DNA of 44,404 nucleotides from a virus (IMGVR_UViG_3300042502_000072:1-44404), one strand, 5' to 3'; numbered from the stretch's first letter, positions 26,950 through 36,407 are shown. Numbers and translations are program-made. The notes: generated by a model from the sequence alone, not told the origin.

Positions 26950-28500
26950 CTAATCGTCACTGTTGATGCCTTGCACCAAATTTAAAAACTCCGCCAATGT
27001 GTTCTGCTTTGCGCGGAGTCGGCGGTATAACTCTGCTTCAAAGCCTGTAGCCCATATGTGCCATACAGTCGTTTTGCCAGTTGTTGTCAACCGGCGAATC
27101 CTCGCATTAGCTTGCTCGTACTGTTCAAGTGAATAAATGGGAGCAAACCAAACAATATCTTTTGCCCGAGTTAATGTCAATCCGTGTGCCGCAACCTTCG
27201 GGTGAGCCAACAAAATCTGTGGCCTGTCCGTGTGCTGAAAGTCGTTAAAGATTTGATTGCGTTCGTTTTTGTTAACGTCGCCATGCACCGATGCAACATC
27301 GAATCCATCAGCAGTTAACTTCGCCTGCAATTGATCTTGTACGCCTCGAAGCGGCACAAAGATAATAACCTTATCTCCGATCTCTGTAAGTAACTCAGTG
27401 AGTGTATTATACCTCAACGAGCCATCGATTGCAATTCGACCGGTCTCGCTATACACGACACCGCAACTAATTTGCAACATCTTGCTTAGCACAACCGCCG
27501 CATTCGCAGCAGTCACTTCACCAGCCGCAAACACAGTCACGGCTTTGTCTTTCATTTCCTTAAACGCTTTTTGTTGTTGAAGTGTTAACTCTGTCTTGCG
27601 ACCAACGAAGTTAGTGTCAGGCAAATCTTTGCACTCGTCAAGTGAGAAACGTATCGATGGTTGTAAAACTTTTTTACATGTCTCAAGCGCGTCTTGCCGT
27701 GGCACCCAACGAAACGTTGTGACCTTTTGCATCACCATGTCTTTAAAAGTCGTAAAACTTTTTGGGCATGTAGGTGAGTCAACAAGTCGTGCTAGTGTCC
27801 ATGCGTCTGCAGGTGTTTGCGATATAGGCGTACCCGTTAGCATCCACAGCCATGGCTTGTGTGCTTGCATCCACTTAGCAAAAATCTTGTAGCGTTGTGA
27901 GCTCGGAGACTTAAGCGCAGTGGCTTCGTCATAGATCACAACGTCAAAGTCTTTGATGTCAGCGGCCATGTTACTAAAGCCATCATGGTTAATGATGAAG
28001 TATTGCACCCCGGGTTTCTCAAGCAACTGTCTGCGTTTTTCCTTCGTGCCAGTGACAATCACAAACATGCGGTGAGGCAGGTGGTGCTTAAGCTCTCTCC
28101 CCCATACAACAGTCAGCGTTGACAACGGCGCGATGATTAAAACTTTCTTCGCTATACCTTCATCAAGCAAAAAGTCAGCGGCCCAAATAGCACTGATGGA
28201 TTTACCAGTACCCGGTGCGTTAAGACACAGGGCACGCTTGTGTGTTGTGAGAAATGCAGCGGTGTCTTTCTGGTGATCCATCGGTGCAAACCGAGCGGGC
28301 CAGTTGTAGTAGTGCGTGATGGGAGCAGGGACACTGAAGCCCAAGTTCTTCAGCACAATTGATTCGTCTACGCCATACGGCACAGCAAGCATTGACTCAC
28401 CATCATGCATGAACTGTTTGGCATGCGGCATCAGAGACTGCACCATTGCATTCTCGTTGCTGTTAATTACGATCCTACGTTGATCTGGTATTACAAGCAT
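26950..28500 (-). CDS. SNF2-family (SF2) helicase
   Basis: 'PGTGKS', 'YDEAT', 'LTGTP', 'HGLTLT', 'QANARIRR'. Confidence 0.92.
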   Translation of the reverse strand: MLVIPDQRRIVINSNENAMVQSLMPHAKQFMHDGESMLAVPYGVDESIVLKNLGFSVPAPITHYYNWPARFAPMDHQKDTAAFLTTHKRALCLNAPGTGKSISAIWAADFLLDEGIAKKVLIIAPLSTLTVVWGRELKHHLPHRMFVIVTGTKEKRRQLLEKPGVQYFIINHDGFSNMAADIKDFDVVIYDEATALKSPSSQRYKIFAKWMQAHKPWLWMLTGTPISQTPADAWTLARLVDSPTCPKSFTTFKDMVMQKVTTFRWVPRQDALETCKKVLQPSIRFSLDECKDLPDTNFVGRKTELTLQQQKAFKEMKDKAVTVFAAGEVTAANAAVVLSKMLQISCGVVYSETGRIAIDGSLRYNTLTELLTEIGDKVIIFVPLRGVQDQLQAKLTADGFDVASVHGDVNKNERNQIFNDFQHTDRPQILLAHPKVAAHGLTLTRAKDIVWFAPIYSLEQYEQANARIRRLTTTGKTTVWHIWATGFEAELYRRLRAKQNTLAEFLNLVQGINSDD

Positions 28501-28796
28501 GTCAGTGCAACCCAAGCTTTAAATTCAATTGTCCATACGTCGACAGACGTTTCGCGAACGATCCACACTTTGGCACCGCATCTAGTCAACGTTGATATTT
28601 CTCTCTCTTGGTTGGCTGTAGTCGTTCCCTTACCGTACTTGGTCTCAACAGCAAACATAGAACCATTAACGCAGCCCACAAAGTCAGGAATACCAGACCG
28701 ACCATAGCCATTAGCAGGTGGCATAAACCACCAACATAAGTCTGCGTCCTTAAGAACATCTTTGACAATTTTCTTAACATCAGCTTCATTCTTCAT
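28491..28796 (-). CDS. VRR-NUC domain nuclease (Holliday-junction resolvase-like)
   Basis: 'NEADVK...GIPDFVG...AVETK...TANQ'. Confidence 0.88.
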   Translation of the reverse strand: MKNEADVKKIVKDVLKDADLCWWFMPPANGYGRSGIPDFVGCVNGSMFAVETKYGKGTTTANQEREISTLTRCGAKVWIVRETSVDVWTIEFKAWVALTCL

Positions 28797-29485
28797 CTCT
28801 TACCTTTCAGTCGTGCGTCAGGGCAAATATCTTTTGCCGCGCACCATGGGCACAAGCCCGACGGTTTTGTTTTGTATACGCCAAGTTCAATTGTGTCCTG
28901 CACCTTTGCGAATCGAGGCTTCAGTGCTCGCCACATTGAGTCTAGAAACCTACGTTCGTACACGGCGTTTGTTGTCTCGTTGAACTTAAGCCAGATGAAT
29001 GATGTCTTGACCTTGGTGACTTCTGGGTAATGCCAGAACACCATGGCCGCAAACAGTTGCAACTGTGTTGGGTTTTCTTTTACTTTGCCTGTCTTGTAGT
29101 CAAGGCAGTACGCAGTGTCGCCATCCACAACAAGCACATCAGCAATTGATCTGATCCACACATCTTTAGCAAACCAATCAACAGGCTTGAGGTCTGCGTT
29201 GACAGCCATCTGATGCTCAAACAATTTCTCGCCCGGACGTTTCATGATGACGTCAACAACGCTACCCCATTGATCTAGTGTGCTACGCCCTTCAGCAGAT
29301 AGTGAGTCCATGTCAAGCACGCCACGGCCTTTAGCTTCTAGCAACTTGTGTACACGATCTCCATATTCGGACGCTTCGTTTGATGAATTGGGTACGCGTT
29401 TAGATACGTACAGATAATCAAACTGGGCCTCGCATGTTTCAAATGTTGATAGACGACTAAAAGACAGCGGCATTACTTGGGTCAT
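28793..29485 (-). CDS. PD-(D/E)xK (Cas4/RecB-like) exonuclease
   Basis: 'SFSRLSTFETC', 'IADVL', 'LDYKTGK', 'QLQLFA', C-terminal 'CPWC...C'. Confidence 0.88.
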   Translation of the reverse strand: MTQVMPLSFSRLSTFETCEAQFDYLYVSKRVPNSSNEASEYGDRVHKLLEAKGRGVLDMDSLSAEGRSTLDQWGSVVDVIMKRPGEKLFEHQMAVNADLKPVDWFAKDVWIRSIADVLVVDGDTAYCLDYKTGKVKENPTQLQLFAAMVFWHYPEVTKVKTSFIWLKFNETTNAVYERRFLDSMWRALKPRFAKVQDTIELGVYKTKPSGLCPWCAAKDICPDARLKGKR

Positions 29486-29492
29486 AAGTTTC

Positions 29493-31328
29493 CTATTTCG
29501 CCGCACCATATGACGGGCCTACACCCGTCTCACAAGATACGGGAATGCTCCGACACCACTTGGGTGTTAGAGATAGGCACTCTTCCATATAGGCGCGTGC
29601 TTGAGTAAGTTCTTCATTTGGTACTACGCAGACTGCTTCGTCATGGACTGACAGCTTGACGGGGTACCGTTCGTTGATACGTGCAGTTTGCCACATAACG
29701 ATCCGCATTGCAGCATGTTGTGATAAATTTTCTACAACTTTCGGGCCAAAGATGCGTACACGTTGTTTGCCCATTAAATACGTCCACTCTTTGCCGTCAT
29801 ACTTTAGGTCGTAGTACATCACACCGGGCTCACCGGGGCGACCAAAGCCGTCCTTCTGCGTGATAAACCACCCGTTTACATCCACAGTCATCAAGCTACA
29901 ACCATTGGCAATGTCGGGCAGGATTACTTGCTGACACCTACCCCATAGATCAACTACCTTGTGGTGCACAGAGCGGTATAGGTTCACGATGTCGTATGCA
30001 CGATCGAGGTCAATGGCCTTCACAGCCGGATCAGTACGCGCCGCGATACGCACCATCTCTTGGAAGCGAGGGGCACCGGCACCGTACTGCAACCCGAGCA
30101 TGGCGGTCTTGCCCAAGAAACGCTCAGCCTTGTCTGCCTTGGTAATGTCACGGCCAAAGAGCTTGGACGCAAAGTCACAGTACAGATCAACACCATTGGC
30201 CAACTTCTCTACCACGTCATCCTGTCCGGCCAAAGCCATCACAGTGCGAAGCTCAATGTTGGACGAGTCACCTACAAGCACGGTGTGTCCGGCGGGGGCA
30301 AGCAGAGCGTTACGCAAGCCCGCAGACGGCCCACGCGCAGGGATGTTCTGCCAGTTAATGCTGTTGCCGCCTGAGTACCGGCCAGTGGTTTTGGCACCCC
30401 AGAAGTTAAGGTACACCGGCAGGGGGCCACGCTTTGCAGTATCCACGAACTTGAGCGCACGGGTTTCTGCAATGGTGGTCTTGACACCAAGGCGTGCGGC
30501 TACCAGTGCCTGAACGCCAGAGTCTTCGTGGTCGAGCAAGTCAGTAAAGCCCTTGTCACTTTTAGCAAAAGCGAAGGTCTCACGCCCTGTTGCGGGGCTT
30601 ATCTTCTTAGGCGGTATAACGCCAAGCAACTCGAGCTGTTCTGCAAACTTGTCGTTGGACATCAGCGTATCCTTGCCGACAACTAGCGAGCGCATCAGGT
30701 CTTCCTTGCGTGCAACTTCCTCGTGGTACAGCCGCTCCATCACAGCAACATCGCCCACAAGCATAGGCTCTGTGAACATACGCACAGTCATGTCGATCAA
30801 ACGAACTTCTAATGGCGGCGTAAAGGCGTCCATCTTCTCACCGATCGCACGGCACAGCCATGTGTCATGCTTGCAGTAATCTGCATACGCCTCTAATTCC
30901 ATGGGATTAAAGTCTTCTCGGCGTTTGCCTAATGCTTTAACAACCTCAGTGCCCTTCGCAGGGAACCCAAAGAATTTAGTTAAGTTAGCAAGTGAGTGTG
31001 AGACTAAATAGGGGTAGAGCATTCGGCTTTGCGGGAGTGTATCCATCCATAGCCTCGGTCGTATACCTAGTCGTTGCGTCAGCGCGTAGCCGTCGAACAA
31101 AGTATTGTGGCATCTTACGGCGGAGTTACCCCAGTCGTAGTTGACGTGCATCCACTCAAGAATCTCTGCTTCAGTGCCGCTGAACCATACGGGATCACCG
31201 TCATTCTTCGCAACGCATACTCCAATGAATTCAAACCGTTCGTCGGTTATGTACGCATCAGTCTGCATCTTTGACAAACTGAATTGTGCATCGTAGTACG
31301 TCTCAATATCTACAGTGAGTATGTCCAT
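29493..31328 (-). CDS. DNA polymerase family A with 3'-5' exonuclease
   Basis: Exo motifs 'DIETY', 'HNTLFD', 'YCKHD'; motif A 'DSSNIELR', motif B 'KTAMLGLQYG', motif C 'VHDE'. Confidence 0.95.
   Translation of the reverse strand: MDILTVDIETYYDAQFSLSKMQTDAYITDERFEFIGVCVAKNDGDPVWFSGTEAEILEWMHVNYDWGNSAVRCHNTLFDGYALTQRLGIRPRLWMDTLPQSRMLYPYLVSHSLANLTKFFGFPAKGTEVVKALGKRREDFNPMELEAYADYCKHDTWLCRAIGEKMDAFTPPLEVRLIDMTVRMFTEPMLVGDVAVMERLYHEEVARKEDLMRSLVVGKDTLMSNDKFAEQLELLGVIPPKKISPATGRETFAFAKSDKGFTDLLDHEDSGVQALVAARLGVKTTIAETRALKFVDTAKRGPLPVYLNFWGAKTTGRYSGGNSINWQNIPARGPSAGLRNALLAPAGHTVLVGDSSNIELRTVMALAGQDDVVEKLANGVDLYCDFASKLFGRDITKADKAERFLGKTAMLGLQYGAGAPRFQEMVRIAARTDPAVKAIDLDRAYDIVNLYRSVHHKVVDLWGRCQQVILPDIANGCSLMTVDVNGWFITQKDGFGRPGEPGVMYYDLKYDGKEWTYLMGKQRVRIFGPKVVENLSQHAAMRIVMWQTARINERYPVKLSVHDEAVCVVPNEELTQARAYMEECLSLTPKWCRSIPVSCETGVGPSYGAAK
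30894..30909. repeat. Degenerate palindrome copy TAATTCCATGGGATTA inside polA
   Basis: 15/16 match to TAATCCCRYGGGATTA. Confidence 0.55.
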
Positions 31329-31525
31329 TAGTTTAAGTCCATGTTATCAAGTTCTCTGTTGTCCAGAGCTAAGTAAGCGACAGTGTAAATCTGTTCTAGC
31401 TTCTGACGCAAACGTAGAGCTTCCTCAGACACAATGTCTAGTCGGTTTCGTAGCAATCGGCCTTCTGCTTGCGAGTCGGCAAGCATCAGCTCAAGTTGGG
31501 AGAGGTCACTAGGGATTCTGTACAT
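31328..31525 (-). CDS. Hypothetical coiled-coil protein
   Basis: GAGGA SD; TAATG coupling to polA. Confidence 0.6.
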   Translation of the reverse strand: MYRIPSDLSQLELMLADSQAEGRLLRNRLDIVSEEALRLRQKLEQIYTVAYLALDNRELDNMDLN

Positions 31526-31668
31526 TTTGGTTTCCTCGGGTTAACTATTTTATCGAGCACGCGTTTAAGTATCTGCACGTGCATGATGTTGTTTTTGTTG
31601 CGTACGATTGATCTACGCACAATTGCCGCACAGCGTTTACGTTCTATGTCAGTGTCTACTAAGATCAT
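31486..31668 (-). CDS. Hypothetical protein
   Basis: ATGA coupling with glutaredoxin; 'ERKRCA' motif. Confidence 0.5.
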   Translation of the reverse strand: MILVDTDIERKRCAAIVRRSIVRNKNNIMHVQILKRVLDKIVNPRKPKCTESLVTSPNLS

Positions 31669-31904
31669 ACTAACAACCCCATCTTCTGCAACGCAGCTTG
31701 CAAGCCTGCTAATCCGCCAACACGTTGGTCGCCAATAAATATCTGCGGCATCTGACGTGCGTCGGGGTAGTTAGCCACGAAATTAGCAAAGCGATCACCC
31801 GTTTCGATGTCAATCTCAGTGAACGGCATATCCAACGAACGCAGAATGAGCTTAGCCGTCACACAGTTAGGGCAATTTTCTTTCGAGTAAACAGTTATGT
31901 TCAT
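31665..31904 (-). CDS. Glutaredoxin
   Basis: 'VYSKENCPNC', 'MPQIFIG...VGG'. Confidence 0.92.
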   Translation of the reverse strand: MNITVYSKENCPNCVTAKLILRSLDMPFTEIDIETGDRFANFVANYPDARQMPQIFIGDQRVGGLAGLQAALQKMGLLV

Positions 31905-32131
31905 GTGTTCTTCTCCTTCACCCATGTGCAATCAAAACATATCTTCATCATCCAACGAACAAACCAATTTGGTTCGTATCCTTTTACTGGCCTGTAAGAA
32001 ATACCTTCTCCTTTACGACCACCAAACAAGTAGCAAACCCATTCAGACCTTTCGGGTACATGAAATTTATACGAGCCTTCAGCTTTGTATTCATCATCAA
32101 AGCGAATTGTTCCGCTTATTGGTTTATCCAT
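31901..32131 (-). CDS. Hypothetical protein
   Basis: AAGGAG SD; coupled overlaps. Confidence 0.65.
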   Translation of the reverse strand: MDKPISGTIRFDDEYKAEGSYKFHVPERSEWVCYLFGGRKGEGISYRPVKGYEPNWFVRWMMKICFDCTWVKEKNT

Positions 32132-32375
32132 TGTTCTTCTCCTTGAGTTTGGCTTCTATGGCTTCCAATGTAGAGGCGGCAATGCGGATAAACCCAATGG
32201 GTGTTTCGGGATACCAATGTAAAACCCACACACTATCTTTTGCCACAGCCTCATGCCATTCCTCTGGTGAAATAAAATCTTCAGAGTCATAGAACTGCTC
32301 AATAGTTTCGTAAACATCACGATGTTCGTTGTGGGATAGGTGTAAACCGCATTTGTGTTCTGGTAACCAATTCAT
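32124..32375 (-). CDS. Hypothetical protein
   Basis: AAGGAG SD; ends AIEAKLKEKNNG. Confidence 0.7.
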   Translation of the reverse strand: MNWLPEHKCGLHLSHNEHRDVYETIEQFYDSEDFISPEEWHEAVAKDSVWVLHWYPETPIGFIRIAASTLEAIEAKLKEKNNG

Positions 32376-32797
32376 AAATTCTTCTCCTTCAGTTTGGCTT
32401 CAATGGCTTGGGCAATATTGACTGCTCGTAATCCTGCGACCATATAGGCATTGCCGTTGTCAACCATGACTGAATTTGTTTTAAACGCATGTTCAATCTC
32501 ATCATCCGTCAGCCCTACCCATGTGCGCTGTGGTGATGCTTCTTCAATTCTTTGTTTTAAAACATCGGCTCTGTGCATACCAAGTTCATGTGGTTTGACA
32601 GTTTCCTGAACCCACTCGGTTTTGTCTAACCACACCTCAAGTGCTTTTTTGTAATTAGGCTCTGGCTGTGCCAAGGCTTCTTTGATGGCAGTGATGGCTT
32701 CTACTGCCCATTGTTGATATTCGTAGTCCATTGCTGAAACATGAGCTATTTGTTGTAACGCATCCCATGCAAGGCGTAATGCTTCGTCTTTAGTCAT
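32372..32797 (-). CDS. Mosaic hypothetical protein ('WVGLTDDEI' type)
   Basis: MTKDEALRLA...AITAIKEALAQPE...RTWVGLTDDEI...AIEAKLKEKN. Confidence 0.7.
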   Translation of the reverse strand: MTKDEALRLAWDALQQIAHVSAMDYEYQQWAVEAITAIKEALAQPEPNYKKALEVWLDKTEWVQETVKPHELGMHRADVLKQRIEEASPQRTWVGLTDDEIEHAFKTNSVMVDNGNAYMVAGLRAVNIAQAIEAKLKEKNL

Positions 32798-33012
32798 GCT
32801 TGTCCCCTTGCTCGGATGGCTTCAGCCGCACTTGTACAACTTATTATTTTTCCTGTCTTTGAAGCCGCTTCTAACATTTGCGCACACGCCTCACGCTCGG
32901 CAGAAGCGACAAGAGAAGCAAAGCGTTCAATGACAGGATGAAACACAAACTCCGCCATGCCTTCAGCTTCTCCCGCCTCTCGTGCCATGCGAATAATGTC
33001 TTCTCTGTTCAT
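32794..33012 (-). CDS. Hypothetical protein ('MNREDIIRMAREAG...EREACA' type)
   Basis: ATGA-coupled start at 33012; recurrent small phage protein pattern. Confidence 0.7.
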   Translation of the reverse strand: MNREDIIRMAREAGEAEGMAEFVFHPVIERFASLVASAEREACAQMLEAASKTGKIISCTSAAEAIRARGQA

Positions 33013-33227
33013 GCTTCCCTCGCCTTCAGCATGGCGTCTGCCATAGAGTATGCGTCCATCGAGATGCCTGCCATCCAATCATTGTCGATAAGATGGAACT
33101 CTTCCGTAAGAGCATTTTTGAGTAATCCCTGCATAGCCTTAGCCGCAAAGTAGTCGCGCAAGGTCATGCCTTGGAATGGTTCACCCCATCCATTAAAGCC
33201 TTCATTGGGGAATGCTGGTTCATTCAT
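33009..33227 (-). CDS. Hypothetical protein ('GMTLRDYFAAKAMQ' family)
   Basis: 'PAFP...GMTLRDYFAAKAMQG...AYSMADAMLKAR'. Confidence 0.8.
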   Translation of the reverse strand: MNEPAFPNEGFNGWGEPFQGMTLRDYFAAKAMQGLLKNALTEEFHLIDNDWMAGISMDAYSMADAMLKAREA

Positions 33228-33430
33228 GGATTCTTCTCCTGTATAGCACGCTCGACGGCTCTACCAAAGTCTTCTACACTGCCAAACTTTTCTGAGTTGG
33301 TATCCCACAAGTGGTAAATCTCTTCTTTGGTCAAGCTAACCCATTCACGCTCGGTCGCCTTCATCTTGTACAGCAGGATAAGTACTGCAACGGTTATCGG
33401 TGCAATTAGAAAGTAAATTAAATCGTTCAT
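33224..33430 (-). CDS. Hypothetical protein with N-terminal TM
   Basis: TM followed by 'WVSLTKEEI...RAIQEKN'. Confidence 0.65.
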   Translation of the reverse strand: MNDLIYFLIAPITVAVLILLYKMKATEREWVSLTKEEIYHLWDTNSEKFGSVEDFGRAVERAIQEKNP

Positions 33431-33615
33431 AGCTTTTCCTTTGTTATCTCAATAATCATAGGGTCTAGTAAATCTCTGGCGTACTTCAGTGCTCTTTTTT
33501 CTGCGTCGTCGCCGACAACATACTTTTCAGTAACCCACCTAAAGTCGTACCAACGGCGAGATTCAACAAGCCAACCGTCTTCGTACTCCCAATGCCTTTT
33601 AATTCGTGCTCTCAT
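33427..33615 (-). CDS. Hypothetical protein
   Basis: GGAGG SD; ATGA overlaps. Confidence 0.6.
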   Translation of the reverse strand: MRARIKRHWEYEDGWLVESRRWYDFRWVTEKYVVGDDAEKRALKYARDLLDPMIIEITKEKL

Positions 33616-34085
33616 TTGCTTACCTCCACAATAGGTCTCATTTTTCGTTGACGAAACTCTTCACGAACAAGCTCAACAGCTTTGTCCATATCTTTTACAG
33701 TAATCAAGTCCATCTGCGCGTCATGCAATTCCATGACAAGGTTTAGCGCATTCATCTCAGATGCTTTTAGGATAAACCTTCCCGTCTCAACACCTCGTCT
33801 ACCAACATCACGTAATGCATCAAGCCCTTCGCTAACTACGTCTGCATATTCTCTTCCAAAACCCAATCGATACAAAGCTTCAGTGATGTTTACTGTGGCA
33901 ATCAAAGTATCAATGTCAGCACGCGTCGCCAACCCTTTAGTTAAGGTTGACATTGCTAAATGGTTCTTGATCTTGAGATCAACCAAATAGGTATCGTACT
34001 TGGCTACCGGTGTCATCCCCTCAAGTACATACCCAATCGGGTTAACCAATACGCTACGAGGTCTATACTTGCTGCGTTTGCGCAT
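33612..34085 (-). CDS. Conserved hypothetical protein ('MRKRSKYRP' type)
   Basis: Basic N-terminus; helical body. Confidence 0.7.
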   Translation of the reverse strand: MRKRSKYRPRSVLVNPIGYVLEGMTPVAKYDTYLVDLKIKNHLAMSTLTKGLATRADIDTLIATVNITEALYRLGFGREYADVVSEGLDALRDVGRRGVETGRFILKASEMNALNLVMELHDAQMDLITVKDMDKAVELVREEFRQRKMRPIVEVSK

Positions 34086-34323
34086 TTTCTACTTCATACA
34101 ACTTGTGAATGTAGTGCAATGCTTTGTTGCCGTCATCGCTTCCATCTTTACGTCCGGCACGCATGGAGTATTTAATGATGTTGCCTTTCAGAAACCCACG
34201 GAACTCCTCAGGCGTTAACACCGCGGCCATGACACTCCACGGTTGCACGGGCATGTCTTTGTAGTGCGATCCGCCAATCTGCAAATCGTCTGCGTTCTCG
34301 ATCATCTCAATCATTTTTCTCAT
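34063..34323 (-). CDS. DUF3310 / SaV-like (T7 gp1.7-related) protein
   Basis: 'QIGGSHYK...FLKGNIIKYSMRAGRK...D..KA..Y'. Confidence 0.85.
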   Translation of the reverse strand: MRKMIEMIENADDLQIGGSHYKDMPVQPWSVMAAVLTPEEFRGFLKGNIIKYSMRAGRKDGSDDGNKALHYIHKLYEVENAQTQQV

Positions 34324-34522
34324 CCTTCCTAATTACCTGTTTAAGATTACGTCCAGTTACTCTGTTCGTCCAACATGACGCACATATCCACCTCGATGGG
34401 CTCATCTGCACGCCGCCCTCCGGCGGTCGTACTTCTTCACATTTATTACAAAGTTGTAATCTATGTACGGGTTGTTGGCTACCAATGGCCAAGTGATTGT
34501 TTACAAAATTACTCTTCATCAT
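34307..34522 (-). CDS. Zinc-finger hypothetical protein (start uncertain)
   Basis: CNKC...CASC. Confidence 0.6.
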   Translation of the reverse strand: MMKSNFVNNHLAIGSQQPVHRLQLCNKCEEVRPPEGGVQMSPSRWICASCWTNRVTGRNLKQVIRKDEKND

Positions 34523-34757
34523 CTTCATCCCAAATATCCTCTGACCATACAAGTATGGGTGTTTCTGGGCCCAAGTAGCCACCTTCGATGTTGAACTCAA
34601 TATGCTCACGTGCTTCTTCGTGCGACATGCCATCGCGTTTTTTAAGAATTTCTCTGATCTTTTCAGCATCGTAAACAAGTACGTTAACCATTTGCTTGTC
34701 TATACGTACATACGCAGGGCCGATAACGGCTTCCTCATATCCCGGATATTTAATCAT
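34509..34757 (-). CDS. Conserved hypothetical protein
   Basis: 'GYEEAVIG...VYDAEK...DGMSHEEAREHIEFNIEGGYLGPETP'. Confidence 0.75.
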   Translation of the reverse strand: MIKYPGYEEAVIGPAYVRIDKQMVNVLVYDAEKIREILKKRDGMSHEEAREHIEFNIEGGYLGPETPILVWSEDIWDEDDEE

Positions 34758-34927
34758 TGCTGTGGCACCTTCAAAGTTTCTTCTAGGGGTTTCCACCCGA
34801 AGCGACGCCATACAGACTGCACATCTGCACCGGCAGTCCAGACAAAACGTTTGTCGTCTGCAGGGATGACGGGGAAGCACACTGAACGAACAGGTATGCC
34901 TTGGTGAATGATTGGTTCTGGGTTCAT
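34754..34927 (-). CDS. 57-aa hypothetical protein (not in ORF track)
   Basis: MNPEPIIHQG...DVQSVWRRFGWKP; ATGA coupling. Confidence 0.6.
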   Translation of the reverse strand: MNPEPIIHQGIPVRSVCFPVIPADDKRFVWTAGADVQSVWRRFGWKPLEETLKVPQQ

Positions 34928-34938
34928 GATAGTACTCT

Positions 34939-35226
34939 TTACACAATTGGTTTAAAACAGATTGATCCAACTACTTCACCGCGATTAACGATGTCGTAGT
35001 GTTTGCCAACGCTTTTAGCGCCGTTACGTGCCATGTCACTTAGTACTACAGTTAGTGAACGTCCCAGTGTGGAAACGTACACGACAAGGTTCTCTTCGTC
35101 GACGGACAACCACTCTCGGTCTTGGTCGATGTTGACACCCAGTTCCTCAAAGCCTCGCACGAGTTTCGTCTCGATACGCGTCAAGCGATACTGAATGTCT
35201 TTTTCTTTGTTGAAGGATGTGTTCAT
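34939..35226 (-). CDS. Hypothetical protein
   Basis: ORF directly downstream of the vWA gene. Confidence 0.65.
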   Translation of the reverse strand: MNTSFNKEKDIQYRLTRIETKLVRGFEELGVNIDQDREWLSVDEENLVVYVSTLGRSLTVVLSDMARNGAKSVGKHYDIVNRGEVVGSICFKPIV

Positions 35227-35233
35227 GTTGTTC

Positions 35234-36382
35234 TCATAATGCTACGGTAACCCGTGTGCCGAAGGGCTCACGTGGATGGGAATGGCCGATGTCGGCCCAG
35301 ATGACAGGATAGGTTGGCTCCGCGCATTCGTCTAAGTTGCCCTCCATGTCAGTGAAGAAAATCATGCCGCAGTAACGCTCGTCTGATTTGTCAAGGTGCT
35401 CGAACACTGGCTGAAAGCGCGTACCGCCACCGCCCTTGGGATGCAGGGCAAGCATGTCATCACGCTCGAACCGCTCGATGTGCGTAACGTGGTAGTCGCA
35501 GTAAATAACTTCTACGAATGATGGTTGCAAGTCGTCAACGATCGCCTGAATCTCAGCGGCAATCTGGTTGCATTCCTTTGGGCCCATCGATCCCGATGTA
35601 TCAAAGCCAATAGCCAAGCCACCGAGTGAGTCAGTGCGAAGCGATGGCAAGTACAAGCCAGAGCCAATGAAGCGACGAGACGGGCGTGTGTACGTGTAGT
35701 CAGCGGCAGACGATTCAGTCATCATGGAACGAGTCACGTCTTGCCACCGCACATGGGGTTGGCCTACGTTGTCAAGCACACGATCGATCAAGCTAGAGCC
35801 CTGACCACATTCCTTGGCCATACGAGCTGCGGCTACAATAGTTGCCTCCATGTCCACACGAGTAGCATCATCTTGAGCATCCTCGAGATCACCCTTGCCA
35901 TCGAAGCCACCTGCATTGGGTTGGCTTTCCTCATCGCCATCACCATCACCTGAGCCCTTACCGCCTTGTGGCGGTGGTGGGTTTTCTTTGAGCTTGGCGT
36001 AGACTTCTTCGGAGGACATGCTCTCACGCACCCATCCTACGTTGACGCCGCCCTTGGGCAGTTGCCATCCACGACTACGTATGTACGCATTGATAAGCGC
36101 ATCGTTGGCGTAGTTCCACAAACTCGGATCACGACTCTCACGACGCCACATGTGCATTAGCACAACGTGTACCGCCTCATGTAGCACAAGGCCAAACAAT
36201 TCCTCGTCAGTCAGAGGATCACAGAACGCAGGGTTAAAGCGAACCCACGCGCCATTTGTTCCTGCAGTAGATACCTTGTCAGATATCTCACGCTTGACGC
36301 GTGTCATCACAGCGGCAATGAATGATTCACGAAGGCCGAGCTTGCTGTACGCAAGATCGATTCGATCAGATAAGGTGGTCAT
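35234..36382 (-). CDS. Putative metallopeptidase plus vWA domain protein (DUF2201-like)
   Basis: 'LHEAVHVVLMH', 'WNYANDALIN'; MIDAS 'DTSGS', 'GGGT', 'FTD'; GGAG SD. Confidence 0.9.
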   Translation of the reverse strand: MTTLSDRIDLAYSKLGLRESFIAAVMTRVKREISDKVSTAGTNGAWVRFNPAFCDPLTDEELFGLVLHEAVHVVLMHMWRRESRDPSLWNYANDALINAYIRSRGWQLPKGGVNVGWVRESMSSEEVYAKLKENPPPPQGGKGSGDGDGDEESQPNAGGFDGKGDLEDAQDDATRVDMEATIVAAARMAKECGQGSSLIDRVLDNVGQPHVRWQDVTRSMMTESSAADYTYTRPSRRFIGSGLYLPSLRTDSLGGLAIGFDTSGSMGPKECNQIAAEIQAIVDDLQPSFVEVIYCDYHVTHIERFERDDMLALHPKGGGGTRFQPVFEHLDKSDERYCGMIFFTDMEGNLDECAEPTYPVIWADIGHSHPREPFGTRVTVAL

Positions 36383-36396
36383 AATTTTCTCCAATA

Positions 36397-36407
36397 AGTA
36401 AACAAGT
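36397..36407 (-). repeat. Pre-RBS motif ACTTGTTTACT (also 37723-37733, 39102-39112, 44276-44286)
   Basis: Identical 11-mer a few nt upstream of the SD of four early genes. Confidence 0.75.

Noticed and set aside
28793-29485. Cas4-like gene as evidence of a CRISPR system
   Set aside because: It is a stand-alone PD-(D/E)xK nuclease in the replication block, as is common in phages
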